This document shows, piece by piece, positions 41,701-56,700 of a stretch of 64,000 nucleotides of DNA; within the stretch, counting starts at the first letter, position 1; each line of letters begins with the position of its first letter. The position numbers were made by a program, and so were the translations under genes. This DNA is from Sphyrna mokarran. Lineage: Eukaryota. The stretch covers positions 35,464,001 to 35,528,000 of the forward strand of contig JAGIQG010000013.1 of assembly GCA_024679065.1 (NCBI GenBank). Reading direction: 5' to 3'. The notes beneath the pieces are model-generated. The model saw nothing but the letters and a program-made list of their open reading frames with translations, was not told where the DNA came from and ran no database searches.

Positions 41701-44700
41701 CGGTGACCAAGGTGTTCCATATCTGCCACACACATCTCACACCTCGGGACTGTGCTGCTCACTGCACTGCAGTGTATATTCTCTCCCAGATGGGACCAAC
41801 AGCTCACATGTAGCCGCATCTAAAGTTCGGGGCATTTTCTGTGCTTTAACAGTTCTTCCAGGCACTGTAAGCCTATGAAGAAATCTGCTACCTTGAAAAG
41901 TTAACAAAAGCAAAGGGGGCTACTCCTTCAAGTCACTGCAGGACTTCAATCCTGTAGCAGCATTCAAGTTCTTGGATTGCCGAGCTGCCTGTAATCAGAC
42001 GCATGTCCAAGGGCAGAAATTTACCCCCATAATACTGGTGAGGCTGACCTCAAGCAAAGTTTTATTCTCACGTGACCTGACCAAACTTTGACCTGATTGT
42101 AGATTCTTTACCCGAGGGTCTAGATTTCCTTTCCTAAATCTCGCAGTAATGCATGTAGAGTAAAAAGAGAATTTCCAGCTAAACAGTCTTCTTCAACAAA
42201 CTGCCAAAATGCATATTACAAATTCATCACCTGCTGCACATGATTTTCTCACCACAATGTGTGAAGCCGACATATTATGAAGCTGTAGCTGTATAAATTT
42301 AGTGCTTAGGAGCCTTACCTATACTTCTAACATTCACGGTGGTCCTTTCAGTACGTTTTTTAGTCAGGTCATGCCAGGATTTGTCCAAATCTTGAATCCA
42401 TTCAGTGCCTTCACAATAAAACTCTCCCTGGTCTGAAATCTGCAGTTTGGAGATGGTGAGTTTGAATGAAGTTGCTCCAACCCTATCCAGTCGAACATCT
42501 CCTGATGCCTGTCTCTGCCTATATGACTCTCCAGGGCGTAGGATGAAATCTCTTGATAGTGAAATCACCTCAAGACTCTGATTCCCCTTCTGCAGGTACC
42601 ATGCGACAGCCACGTGCGTGTGCTGTGATGTTTGCTTGGATACTTCACAGACCAGTTCCAGGGAGTCACCTTCAACTTTATCCAGGGTCTGAGGTGCCGA
42701 AGTTATTCTAAGCGTGTCAGGAATGACTGTAAAAACATATGTTTTGAGCATGTTTTTCAAGATGCACAATGGATAATTATACTTTATACAAGAATGCAAT
42801 ATTTTCATAATTTTAAAAGACACCTCAACTCATCATATATCAGGCCTTCAGTTCTTTCATAATATAACATTGTGAATAACACCAGTGACAAACAAAACTC
42901 TGAAGGGGTAATCCTATCAAAAAAATTCTAAGCCAGGCCAGATGGGAAAAGGGGAGAGTATTTATTTTTAGCAAGGCCACAAGTCCAATCTTATTCATTC
43001 TATGGAGGAAAAAACCCCTCAATCTGATTTCTTCCTGCAAGGGGGAGGGGGTGCGGGGAGCTGGGGGGAGGAATGGGGGGTACAGGGTCTAAATCATTAG
43101 AAGGTCTGCAGATAGCACCAGAAGGCACAATTGTGCATGTGCAGGTCTTGGCTCTGCCTCTACAGCTCGCTTCCATGGCCTAGTAGCCCCACTCCCCACT
43201 CTACTGCGGAGTCCCGTGGCCATTTGTGACCCCCCCCCCCCTTCGCTGGAACAATTACTCCCTTTGCGTGGTGGGTAGTGCCAGGGCAGCAGGCTGGTAC
43301 TGCCCAAGGTACACCTCCCCTTATCCCTGATCTCCTGGGGATGGGGGCCTCAATGACTTGCGATTCTATTGGTGAGGTTTTCACGTCTGGTGCTGTAGAA
43401 AAACTCTCCCATCAAGGCCACAGGCGCAAGTGAGCCTGAACGATACTATCCCAGGTTTGTTAATCCATTTAAAATTGAACTTAAACAATTTGTTCAACCT
43501 CGCACCCATTTCCCAGATATCCAGTGCTGCAAGAGGTAAGAAATCAGGCAGGAATCTGATTTCTTGGCTCTCTTACTGGCTTGCCCCACCCATTGACTGG
43601 CACAGCACAATCACCCTTAAGAGTCTATGGGACAGTTGCTATGGTGAATTACAGCCTCTCCCTCTATTATTTTGACTTGTGCTCAAATCCATTTGAGAGA
43701 GGTGGTCACACTGTATCTTAATATATTAACAAACCCTACCTCTTGGGCATTTCCAATAGCTCAATGGATTTGAATCTAATGTTGTACCGAATATACCTGA
43801 CCATCCATAGTCATAAATATGCTCCGCAACCTTTGGCTAGAATGGGAGTACCCAGGATTCTCCTTTTTTACCTTCTTTCATGGGGTGTGGGCATCTCTGG
43901 CTAGGCCTGCATTTATTGCCCATCCCCAACTGCCCCTAAGAAGATTGTGGTGGGCTGCTATCCCTGAGACCTATCAAGCGACCCCTGTTGCAAAGTGTAT
44001 GAAAGTGGGTAAGAATTAGCTTGTACTTACGCACATCTGAAGTTTGCGTAGTCTGCTGAGCCAACTGATTCACTAATGATCTTTCGGGAAAAAAAAACTG
44101 ACTTTCTGAAATGATCCTGCCTATATGTGATCCTAGTCCCATACCAATGGGACTCTCTTAACTGCTATCTAAACTGCGAGAATGATGGCAGCGATGAAAG
44201 AATTCACAGGCAGGGGGGAAATTAGAAAAACTGAGATTTCTCTCCTTGGCTCAGCAGAGATTAAAGACAGATTTGATGGAATTATTCAAAACCTTGAAGG
44301 TATTTGATAGACTAAGGAACAACTATTCCCAGAGGCAGAAGATCAGTTATCAGAGGACAGGGAAGTTGGGTAATTGGCAATATGAATCAGAGGTTACACG
44401 ACTAAGCTTTTTTAAAAATCGTAATAAGTTGTTGTGGTCTGGAATTTACTGCTTGGAAGCTGGTGGAAGCAGATTCAATTATAACTATCTAAAGGGACTT
44501 GAAGAAACACTTCAGAGCGGCACAGTGGTTAGCACTGCAATCTCATAGCTCCAGGGACCTGGTTCGATTCCCAGCTTGGGTCATTGTCTGTGTGGAGTTT
44601 GCACATTCTCCCCATATCTGCATGAGTTTCCACCAACAGTCCAAAGATGTGCAGGTTGGGTGCATTGGCACTCTAAATTGACCCTTAGTTTCCTGGGATG

Positions 44701-47700
44701 CATAGGTTAGAGGGATCAGTGGAGTATATAGGTGGGATTATGGAGATAGGGTCTGGGTGGGATTGTTGTCTGTGCAGACTCGATGGGCCAAATAGCCTTC
44801 TTCTACACTGTAGAGTTTCTATGATAATTGATAAGTAGCAAATTACAGGGCTCTGAAGAAAGAGCAGAGGATAGGTCTAATTGGATAACACTGGGGTCAA
44901 ATGGCCTTCTCTATCGTATCATTCTCTGATTATACAAACTGAGCCCCATGATCTCTGGACTTCAGTACAACAATTTGATTATTACAAATAACTTGGAACA
45001 CAGCAGAAGCAACCAATTCAGCCCTTCAAGCCTACTCCACTATTCAATCAGATTATGACTGATCGCTTCAAACACCGATATGATTTGTATTACACAATAC
45101 ATCTGATCTGGTTGATAGTGAATGTGTTTCCCATTCTCTTCACTCTTCCCAGCAAATTGCAAAGATATTTGCCTACTTATAAATAAGTAAATTGCATGTG
45201 CAGGAAATGTATTTGATGCATTAAGTCATGTTTAATTGGATTTGAAAATAAACAAATCAGTGTGTTTAACAATAGCATCCCTACATGTTGGTAAATTTTG
45301 TATTGTGAACTATGAGCTCGTTAGGATTTAATGCCCTGGTCTATAATTAGATTTTACAATGTCCCATTATGTTCAAAAAAGGTATACGATTGTGCATTTA
45401 TTTGTGCATGATAAGATTCACAATGATATATTGAAATTTGGATAGGATTGCAGGGTACCTTTTTTGCTGCATTTTAAATAAATTGCAATTGCACACAGTC
45501 GCCAGTTCAATTGGGTGCAAGTGCCTTTCTGCGCACTTTCAATAAGAATGGTAATCAGGTATATTAAAGTCCTGAAAACAGAAACAGAACAGGTGAGAAT
45601 GTTTGAATAGCCCACCTGTTAAGTTCATCATGGCATGGTAGGACCCCCAGTATGCACTGTCCGTGTTGGGGGTGAAGCACTCATATTTCCCTTCATCTGT
45701 TTTCTGCAGCTTTGTGATGTGTAACCGCACCGAGTCTCCTTTAATCCTCTCTATGTAGACCTCATTATTCTGCACCCTGTTTCCATACACGGCATAGGAG
45801 AAATCAGAATTAACCGTGCTGATAATCTGGATTTTGAGCATAGGCTCAGTCTGTCGAAAAATGGACCACTCGAAGTTTTGTTCTGAAGACCCCTGGTAGC
45901 CACTCACATCACACTGAATTGTTACGTGACTCCCCTCAGCCCGGACTAGAGGTCCTTTTTGTAATTTCACTTCTCTCTGAGCGGCACACGAATCTATAAT
46001 CAAGATGGAAAGACAAAAAAGATTTCAACTCATTTTTCTTGGAGTAAAAACAAAACATTCCGAAAGAACAAGTCTGAATTTTATTCCAAATAACAGGAAA
46101 TGTTTAAATCTCGTATTCAGTTTGAGATGGAAAGCAGAAAGAAGGATGTACATACGCCCTCAATGGATCATAGAGTTCTCTAGTGAAATTATCAATGCGG
46201 CAATTGTTTTATAGCTAGTTACTAAACATTTGCTTTGTGTGCAATAATGTTAGTGAATAAATTCAAAAAAAAAAGCAATCATAAGCTAGAAAAAATGAAT
46301 ACCAGTTTTCAATGGAACATGATTGAACTAGAGATGATGTGAAGGAACTTTTTTAATGCAGTAGTGTTTGGACTGCACTGCCTAAGAGGGAGCCAATTAC
46401 AGAATACGGTGGACTTCGAATGGAATGTGGATAAATCAGCTAAAGGCCTCCTTCTGTCTCTTACATTCCATGAATCTATTTATGTATTATTTCAGCAAAA
46501 GTTTTAGCTTTCTTAGTTCATAACACAATTTTATAACACACATTTTACGTATAAAGTTTGGACACAAATCCAACCCTCAGAATCGCACAAGCGGACGTGG
46601 GGCACGTGTCTCAATGTTATTGTGTCCTCACGGCTTATTTTGGGCACAAGTCAGAAGCATTGGAAGCGCGTCCGTCGACAATCTAGAAACCAACTTAAAT
46701 TAAAGAACAAATTAGTGGGATTTTATATTGCTCACCTATATTTACATTGATTACTAAGCAGCCTTTAGGTTTCAGCTGAAATCTCAATTCATTCAGGGCA
46801 GGATAATAGGTCAGGGCTCAAGTAAAAATCTATGTTTTTTATTTGTTGGTCACAAGTCGGCTTACATTAATACTGCAATGAAGTTACCGTAAAAATCCCC
46901 AGGTAGCCTCACTCTGATGCCTTTTTGGCTACTCTGAGGGAGAATTTAGCATGGCAAATGCACCTAATCAGTATATCTTTCAGACTGTAGGAGGAGCTGA
47001 AGCAGCTGGAGGAAGCCCACGCAGACACAGAGGGAATATGTAAATTCAAACAGACAGTGAGCAAAACTAGGAATTGAACCCAGGTCCCTGGCGCTGACAG
47101 GCAATAGTTCCAACTAGTGTGTCACCTGAGGTCTTTGTATGATTGTGGCCTGGACATTGATAGCACCGTTTTTCTACTGATTTGTTTTTTCAGTCCACAG
47201 CAGTTGTATCCCTAAAGAGCACATTAGAAACACCATCCTACACATTCCCTTTTCTTGGTGCCTGCCCTCTTCCTGTTCTCCCAGGCAACACTCAGCCTTT
47301 CACACAGCATATTTCACACTGGATGACCAAAAATATCATGTTAACAATGCCACATCAAGCGAGTGTAGTTTCACATCATCTGCAGAGACTTCAGGCCTGC
47401 CCTCAAGGTAAAATTCAGGCTGAGATAATTGGTAAAATAGTTGAGACAAAAAAAATTGGCACAAATGCATTAATTAATGGACAGAAAATAGCACACAGGA
47501 ATCTGAAGGTTTCTCATTATAGAGGAAAGCTTGTGTTTAGTTAGACAATTGGCCTGTAGATGCAGGGGCTAAATTAGATAGCCCTGAAATCAGTGTGCAT
47601 GGATCATGATGTAGTTCAATGTAGTGCAGGCTATATGTAAACTTTGTATATAACCTGATAGATATTCATAAAGATATCAGCAAATTGAAGACACTAGCAA

Positions 47701-50700
47701 AGCTTGATGATTAAAAGGACTAACTCTGCATCAGGCTAAGGATTATGGGAGCAGCAAAGAACAGGATGTGCAGCTATGGAATAAACATGGGAATTGATTG
47801 GGCAGTGGCTGGTGTAACGTCTTGAACTGACAGTGATTGAACACAAATTTGTGTGTTGTGTTGCTGAGAGAATTATGACCCTCAGAGGGGCACAACTCTG
47901 TATTCATAACCAAAAAGACAGTGGTTGATTCCTGCCTGCCCTTGGAATACTTGACTGGGAGCATGACCAGTACCAGTAGGATCTCTTTAAGAAGCACAGA
48001 CGTAGAACATTAACAACAATAACATGGGATTAACCACTGTAGAAGCAGTGCCATTACATTCATTACAAACAATGTGACTTTGGAAGCAAATGGACATTTT
48101 TGAGAATTCATGCTTTCATTAAGTGTCTGGTCTTCTTGCAGATGGTTCAGAACCTCAGGTCATGTTCCATGGCAGATGAATCAATGACCAGGATGTCATC
48201 CATGTGACATGTCACAGCTTTGAGGTCCTGTGTAACAGTAAGTAATTTCAGATGGTGAGGTTATACCAAACAGTAAGCAATTAGAGCAAAAATCTGTTGA
48301 ATGAAGGTTATTTATAATTTCAATTTTTCACCAAACCGCACCTGCCAAGAGTTGCGAATGTTATCAAATTTTGTAAACCTTGTACTGTTGGACAGCTTCG
48401 TCAAGCTGACATCAACTGAGGACATTGAATGCATTTTTCTCGCTACGATCTTAAGCTGAGCAGAGTCCACACAAATGCGAAGGGATCCATTAGGTTTTGG
48501 AACGAGAATTATTTGGGAGCAGCACTCTTTAGGCTTAGTGATCAGAGAAAGGTGACTCTCACTCTGATCAACTCTTCTAGCAGTAGTTAGATCTATTTCA
48601 TCATTAGATATAACATCATTCTGGGTGGGAAACAGAACAGGTTTAGCACCTTTTTATAAAGTAATACTATATTTAGTCTTCAATCTTCACAGATCAGTAA
48701 ATAGTATTGGAAAGTGCTTTTTGAACTCAGACCTAGGTCCATGCTGATTGACTTTCTCCACTTTTATGATTCAGATCTGCACAGACTTTTTGATTTATAA
48801 GAGATTATTCTTGATTCTATGAAACATACAATGTTTCCAGTCCCTGTTTGTCCCTGTACTGGAGCATTGCCTTCAACATTTGCTTGACTTGTAATTTGAT
48901 GCCTTCTCAACTGTAAACTGGGTTTATGTCAGCTTCAGGCAATGTGTTATTAACCAAGCTTCTTTGTCTGATAAGACCAATACATGTGCTCTTATATCTA
49001 GTTTAAATCTGGCAATTTGTCGATTGACATAAACATTTGTATTCTAGAATGTGTACTTGGAGGTCACTGATTTCTAGACTCATATAATTTATAACGGAGA
49101 CTGAGACCATTCAGCCTATTGAGTATGCACTGACCATAATCACCCACCTAGGCCCCATTCCTGTATTCTTTCATATCGACCTAACACCATGGTTAATTTA
49201 GTATGGCCAATCAACCTAACCCGTACATCTTTGAACTGTGGGAGGAAACTGCAGCATTTGGAGGAAAACCACACAGACACGAGGAGAATCTGTGTGAAAT
49301 TTACATGTAGTAACCCAAGGCTGAAATTGAACCCAGGTCCCTGGCACTGAGGCAGCAATGCTATTGTGCTGTCAATCAGGAAACATTTTTGTCCCTCTTG
49401 TTGAACTCCCCCGACCTCATTAATAGCCTTGTGTATGAAGATTTTTTTCCTTAACGTCTGTAAAGTTAGCAACTTTACTTCAGCATATTGTCCCAAAACA
49501 TTTTTTGTTCCTCTTACAGAGGAAACATTCTGCAGTGCTTTCAGGACACTGTGCCTATCAGTCTTTTTGGCTTCACAGCGCCGGTATGGTTTGATGTCTT
49601 GTCATTTCCCTCCAGACTGTTCCTTCTTTTACATTCCTGGACTTAATAAACAGTATAATCACTGGTTTCCTGAGGCAAGGTTTCTCTTCACCTCTCAGCA
49701 TTGTCCTGTTTTGGTTAACTGATCAGCTGTACTGCTGGGGTAACATGGAGTAACATTTTTATGGCATCCATACAAGATTTACTTGGTGCTAGAAAGTCTG
49801 TTGTCAAGGGTCATGGAGGAGGTTGGCTCCAATTTGGCATAGGGCTTTGCACAAGAACTTGAACCAATGGCCAATTCTGCAGCACCAGTACCCCCTCTGC
49901 CTTTAGCAACACCCCTCAACCAACGCTGGAGTCTGTCTAATCGATCCTTACACAACTAGGTAAGTTGGATCCAGGGGCCAGTATACATGGCCATTGCTTT
50001 ATCTTCTTCCTCCAGATGCAACTCCAACAATGGCAACATCCCCCAGTGGCACTGCTGAGCTACCAGCTCTCCAGTTGGTACAGCAGCTATTTGGGATGGG
50101 ATCCCATCTTTAATAGGCTATATATTGTAAATTCACACACACACAAACAATACACTTTTAAAATTATTTTTGCACTGTAGCACAGTAGTTAGCACAGTGA
50201 TCAGTACAGCTGTCTCAGTACCAGGGACCTGGGTTTGATTCTGGCCTGTGTGACGTACGCATGTTCTCCCTGCAACTGTGAGGATTTCCTCCGGATGCTC
50301 TGGCTTCCTCCCACAGGCCAAAGATGTGCAGGTTAGATGGATTGGCCATGCTAAATTGTCCCTTAGTGTCCAAAGATGTCAGGGGGCTTACAGGAACAAT
50401 ACAAGGGTGCAAGGGTGAGCCCGGGTAAGATATTTTGTAGCTTACAAAAAGTAAGAGTTGGTGCAAATTTGATGGCCTCCTTCTGCATTGTAGGAATTCT
50501 GTAATATCTATGATTCATAAAACAAACTGGGATATTTACTGCAGGGTGGACAAGATTATGGTTCGTAACTGCTGGGCTCCCAGGGATCACGTCAGAACGA
50601 GGGTTGAGAGTGTTGCCATGGTAAATTCACAAACAAATGGAACAGGCAGTACTAAACATACAAGAAATGGGCAAAAAAGATTCAAAGATATTAAACACAA

Positions 50701-53700
50701 ACTTTCTCCTTTTCTGGGCCATCAATGGAATTCATTTATTGCTATTTTTTTTATATACTGACTTATATTCCCACTGAACATTTTGTAGAGTACAAAGTCC
50801 TGGTCCACAAATGCAGTATTTGCTGGCCAATGCCTCAGTTTTCACTGCAGCACAAGCAGAAGCCACCCAACATGTGTGCCACAATGAAAGCTCAGACTGA
50901 GCTGGTGCAAGCCCAGCTTGGTGCCAGGCAGGTCTGGACTGCTGCCATCATGGCTGCGGACGCCAGTATTCAAAGGGGCTGGCAGGCTCTCACAGCATCT
51001 GTCCTCTGAGGAAACAGCCCAGAGGCACAGCAAGGGCTCCCGGAGCAGGAATCTGCTGTCCATTCTCAAGTTGACACCTAGCACTGTCACTATGCCAGTC
51101 CCTTTGGAAAATCTTGTTATCCAGTCAACCCAGGCGGCTGTTGCCCGTGCACCTGAGGCTCCCACTCTCCAAATTGCTCAGGGTCATCCTGCATGAACCA
51201 TCTGCTTAGAGTCAGCAGTTTTACACCAGCCACTACAGCAGCATCATGTAGGAGCACCAGGTCAGGCAAAGGCCCCCACAAGACAAACACAAAAATGCAC
51301 AATGGAGCTTAGTTGAATTTTGTATAGATTATTTGATGCTTTGTTGGATAAAGTGTATATAGAATGATTGTTTTATTGTCCCTTGCAGGATTGGTGCCAA
51401 GATGAATGTGTAGCTCTGTCAAGGTGGATAGTAAAATGGAGAATCATGAATAACAGGGAATCTGCGGGCTTATTCATGGGAACCGAAGTCAGATGAAGCA
51501 CTCACAGGCAGTCCATCCTGAATTTGAACATACCGGCTGCCTTCTTCTTTTCCCCTCCTCCTCTATCACTTCCTCATGAAGTCCTCGCTGAACTTGGGTA
51601 GAAGGGCTTTAACATCATGGTGGTCACCTTTTGGAGGTGATAACGGAGCACCAGAAATCGGAGTACCTGCTCTGACTCCTCCAGAGAGAATCAGCAGAAC
51701 CTCAAAAGCTAGTTCTCTCATGGGTGTTCCCTCATGGCAGCTTAGTTCCCATTTTGTGAGCAGGCCATATAAGGATGAGTTGAGGATAGCAGTCATTTGC
51801 CTGGTGTTAGGCCGATAACATCCAACAAAGCGGACCCCCTCTGGTTTGTTATGCTAGCTGACAGATTGCTGGAACAACTGACTGTTGCAGGCTGAATGAA
51901 CCATGGCTTCCCCAGGAGAGTATGCACTCACAAGCATGGGATTCAGAGTGTGGCCACACGACAACTCCTCATTCAGCAATAGGTAATCTTTACTGTTTTC
52001 ATCCAACTCAGCATTGCAATACACTGCCACAATGCAAGTACAGTATCCAGGAAAAACCACTTGCTACACCTCCTCCTCTCTGTATTCACAGAGAATACCA
52101 TCCTCTCCTGGCTTATAAAACCTCTAACACTTCTCTGATGCAGTGATAAATGACAAATTTGAAGATGTTAGCTATATACCCGCTATTCCAGCCTGGGAGG
52201 ATCCAGTCAAATAGAAATGAAGGGTCATGGCATTGTGTTTAGGCTACAAATCTGCCTTCGAGAGATGACAGAGTTCTATAACCTTCTCCTTTATGAATCA
52301 CTACCACTGAACACTCACTCAGCTCCTGGTTTAGGTATGGGAGGACCTCCCGGAAAACCTTAAGTGATTTTCCTGCTGAGAACTCATTTCTCCTTTCCAG
52401 AAAATGGTGTACTTAGAACTCTCAGTCACAAGTAACATCTTCCCCACATAACCTACAATTTGTTCATGATCTTTTTAAAGAATGCTGGTGGTGGAGTCCC
52501 TCACATTACTCACAGCTTCAACTGTGTGCGTTTAAGAAAAAGGCATCAACTAGAGCAGTGACATCCAAAATAGCAGGTCTGTCTCAGTGGTAGACACTGA
52601 CTGACACCTGATCTGCCCACTCTGCAAACTTTGAACATTTTTTTAAACTCCATTAGAATCCCTACAGTGCAGGAGGAGGTCATTTGGCCCACTGAGCCTG
52701 CATCAGCAACAATCCTCCCAGGCACTAACCCATAGCCCCATGTATTTAACCTATTAATCCCCCTGACATTAATTGGCAATTTAGCCTGGTCAATTAACCT
52801 AAACCTGTGAGTGGAAACTGGAGCAACTGAAGAAATCCCACACAGACATGGGGAAAATGTGCAAACTCCACACAGATAGTGATCCAAAGCTGGAATTGAA
52901 CTTGGGTCTCTAGTTGTGCAATCAGGCAGCAGTGCCAAATTGAAAATCCAATTGAATCCAATTCAAGATTAGAGAGACAAACAAGATTCAAGCTGATAAG
53001 ATAGGGGACTGCACCCCATCTTGGGTTTGATTTTAGCCAACATGTTCCCCACTCTGCATACTTTGAACAAATGCATGTAATGGCTGAACACCTTCACCAA
53101 GAAGGCACTCAATGTGGGCTCCACCAAGAGCTGTCACCACGTTGTTACACAACCAGCATTTTTCAGTTACAAGAGGTTACAAAATCTGAAAGGACCATTT
53201 CTGTTTAAATCAGAATTAAATCATTCGTGATTTTATTGTGCAGAGGAAGCTGTTGAAACAGGCAGCGTTTACTGAAAGAGCAGATTGGTTGATGTGACAG
53301 TTATGGTTGGGGAAGGAAGTGGCAGCAGTGGAATAAATACTTCATTCATTTGCATTTTGTCATGAGTTCTCTTTCTGATTAGAGACAGAAAATTCTGAAA
53401 TGCTTATAGTGAACAGGCACTGCTGAAAACATATAAAGGCAAAAACGGTGATGTGTATCCTTACATTTTGAGTAGACAGTAAATAAACTCGCATTAACAC
53501 TACCATTCCAACAACAAATACTGCAATATAGTCCCAGAGGCCTTTTTATTTTCATGTAGAACATAGAACACTACAGCGCAGAACAGGCCCTTTCGCCTTC
53601 GATGTTGCGCCGACCAATTAGGAACAAGCAGTGACCCTCTAACCTAAACCATTCCCCTTTCATCCATAAACTTATCCACTAACCTCTTAAACGCCACCAA

Positions 53701-56700
53701 ACTTGGCGCATCTACAACTGACGCAGGCAAGGCATTCCATACCCTTACCACCCTCTAGGTAAAGAACCTACCTCTGACATCTGTCCTAAAACCACCACCC
53801 CTTAATTTAAAGCTATGTCCCCTCGTGCTAGCTTTCTCCATCCTAGGAAAAAGGCTATCACTGTCCACCCTATCTAAACCTCTAATCATCTTATATGTTT
53901 CAATAAGGTCTCCTCTTAGCCGCCTTCTTTCTAACGAAAACAACCTCAAATCCCTCAGCCTCTCTTCATAAGACCTGCCCTCCATACCAGGCAACATCCT
54001 GGTAAACCTCCTCTGTACCCTCTCCAATGCCTCCACATCTTTCTTATAATGCGGGGACCAGAACTGTACACAATACTCCAAGTGCGGCCGCACTAGAGTT
54101 TTGTACAGTTGCAATATGACGTTGTGGCTCCGAAATTCAATCCCCTTACCAATAAAAGCTAAGACTCCTTATGCCTTCTTAACAACCTTATCGACCTGTA
54201 GACCTGATTTTTCCCCACTTACATTCTACATACTAAAATTTAAACTACAATATTAAGTACACATCATGGCCTTAATAGAGTTAAATTCAACTTTGAATTG
54301 ATCACAGTTAGATTGACTTCCCTGGATGGGCATGCATGGACTTGATTCTGCAATATAGTACTCCTCTCAATTGTTCTGCTAATCCAAGGGAGGAGTGAGA
54401 TCATTTGAACACAGGAGAGTTCGATATTTGATCTGATTTTAAAGTGCCGCTCATTTATTCTACACCCCATGCTGCCAATCATTAACTTGACAAGTCCATT
54501 TAACAACCCCAAGTTTTTTATATGCATTCAAGGGATGCAGGTGTCACTGACTGGGCCAACATTTATTGCCCATCACCTGAATGATTTGATAGACCATTTC
54601 CAAGGGCATTTAAGAGTCAACCATGTTGCTGTGGGTTTGGAGTCTCATGTGAGGCTAGATTGAGTAATGACACCAGTGAACTAGATGGATTTATGATAAT
54701 AACAATGGTCTCCTGTTCATTGTTAGACTTCTAATTCCAGATTTTTATTATATTTGAAATTTCACTGTCTGCCGTGGTTGAAGTCAATTACTCTGCATCT
54801 CTGGATTACTAGTCCAGTGATAATACCAGGGTGGCTTAGTGGTACGGTCACTGGACTAATTATCTAAAGGCCCAGGTTTGAATCACACCACAGCAGACAA
54901 GGAAATTTGAACTCAAAAAAAAAGCTGAAATTGAAATCATTGACCACTGTCATTAGAAAAAATTAGAAATCAAAGTATCAGTTGCAGGGGAAGTTGTGTT
55001 GATTGAGAGTTTCTGGGGACTATAGGCTATATTATTGAGAATTAACACAGAGGGAGGCCATTCAGCTGATTGTATCTGCAGCTACTCTCCAAATGGGCAA
55101 TTCACTTTGTGCCATTATCCCACCTTTTCCCATAACCTTGCACATTGTTCCTTTTCAAATAACAGTCTAACTCTGCTCGAATGCTTCAATTAAACCTGTC
55201 TCCACCACACTTTCAGGCAGTGCATTCCAAACCTTAACCATTTACTATATCCAAAAGATGAGTCTTCCTGTCGCTTTGGATCCTTTTGCCAATTACTTTA
55301 AAGCTGTGCCCTCCAGTCTTGATCTTTTCACTAGTGGGAATCATTCCTTATCTACTCTATCCGGACCCCTTGTGATTTTGAATGCCTCTACTGAAGCTTC
55401 CCTCAGCCTTCTCTAAAGAAGCCCCAGCTTCTTCAATCTATCTTTGGAACTGAAATTCTTCATCCTTGGGACCATTCTCGTGAATCTTTTCTGCTCTCTT
55501 TCCTTCGCCTTTGAATCTTTCCAGAATGGGACACAATGCTCCAGCTGAGGCTGAACAAACCTTGATCTACAACCTGTGTCTCAGCCATGAGCAAGCTGGC
55601 CATCCCCACCATGATTGTTCTGCTAGCTGGTTGAGATCAAATTTGTCAGGACCTCCATGACCCCAGTCTTCTCAAGTTCTTTAGCTTCATTTGGCCTCCT
55701 CTGCTCCCTTCCGGTCTCCCCATAACAATTAGGGCTCCTTTTGAACAAGAACCATAGAATCTTTACAGTGCAGAAGAAGGCCATTCAACCTATTGAGTCT
55801 GCACTGCCTCTCCAAAAGAGCTTCACAGGAGCATTACAAAAAACAGTGAAATATTAGGTGAGCTGACCAAAAGCTTAGAGGAAAGGTAGGTTTTAAGGAG
55901 TATCTTTGGGGAATAATGCAAGATAGAGACACAAGCGTAGGGAGGGAATTTCAATGCTTGGGGCTTGGGCAACAGTCACCAATGGTGGAGCAAGTATAAC
56001 TAGAAATACACAAGAGGCTGAACTGCAGGCATCTTGGAGGGTTGTGGGACTGGAAGAGAGAGGCAAGACCACTGAGGGATATTAATAGCCATACTTTGAT
56101 TGACTGGGTGCCAATAGAGGTCAGCGAGCGCAAAACTGGACTTGCTGCGAGATTTGTGAGGCAGCTAAGATTTAGTTGACCTCAAGTTTACAGAAGGTAA
56201 AATGTGAAAGACTTGTCAGGAGCATTGGAATAGTCAAGTCTAAAGGCAATGAAGGCAGGAATGAGGGTTTCAGCAGATAAGCTTAGACAGAGATGAAATC
56301 AGGCTGTTTTATTGAGCTGGAAGCTGGTAGTCCTAGAAATGGCACACATATGAGGTCAGGAGGTCATCTCCAGATCAAATGTGACATCAGGATCAGGAAC
56401 AGACAAACTTAATCTGAGACTGTTACTCGAGAGATGGAGTCAGTAGGTAGGAAACAGGAATGAAAAGCACTATATAAAATACAAGCATTCTTAAACCAGA
56501 GATCTTTCTCAATCTAGAAATGGTTCTCCATATGGTAATTGTGTTCATGATATGCAGAAAATTTCTGTCAGTTTTTGTCGGATAACAGCACAAAGAATAA
56601 TTGTCCCTTTTGTCATCCAATGTGCAATGTTATTCAAACAAGACAGTTAATAATTGTAGTGTCAAATTCACTGCCAGTTCAATGAGGCCTAATCCATACA

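Noticed and set aside
7040-44530. CACAGTG heptamers as V(D)J recombination signals
   Set aside because: The ones inspected belong to the SINE head (ggcacagtggtt) and lack a properly spaced nonamer or an adjacent gene segment.
56423-56490. Hydrophobic ORF end MLVFYIVLFIPVSYLLTPSLE as the signal-peptide exon
   Set aside because: Its donor would be phase 2, incompatible with the phase-1 Ig exon. It overlaps L2-like repeat sequence, and 58328-58403 fits far better.
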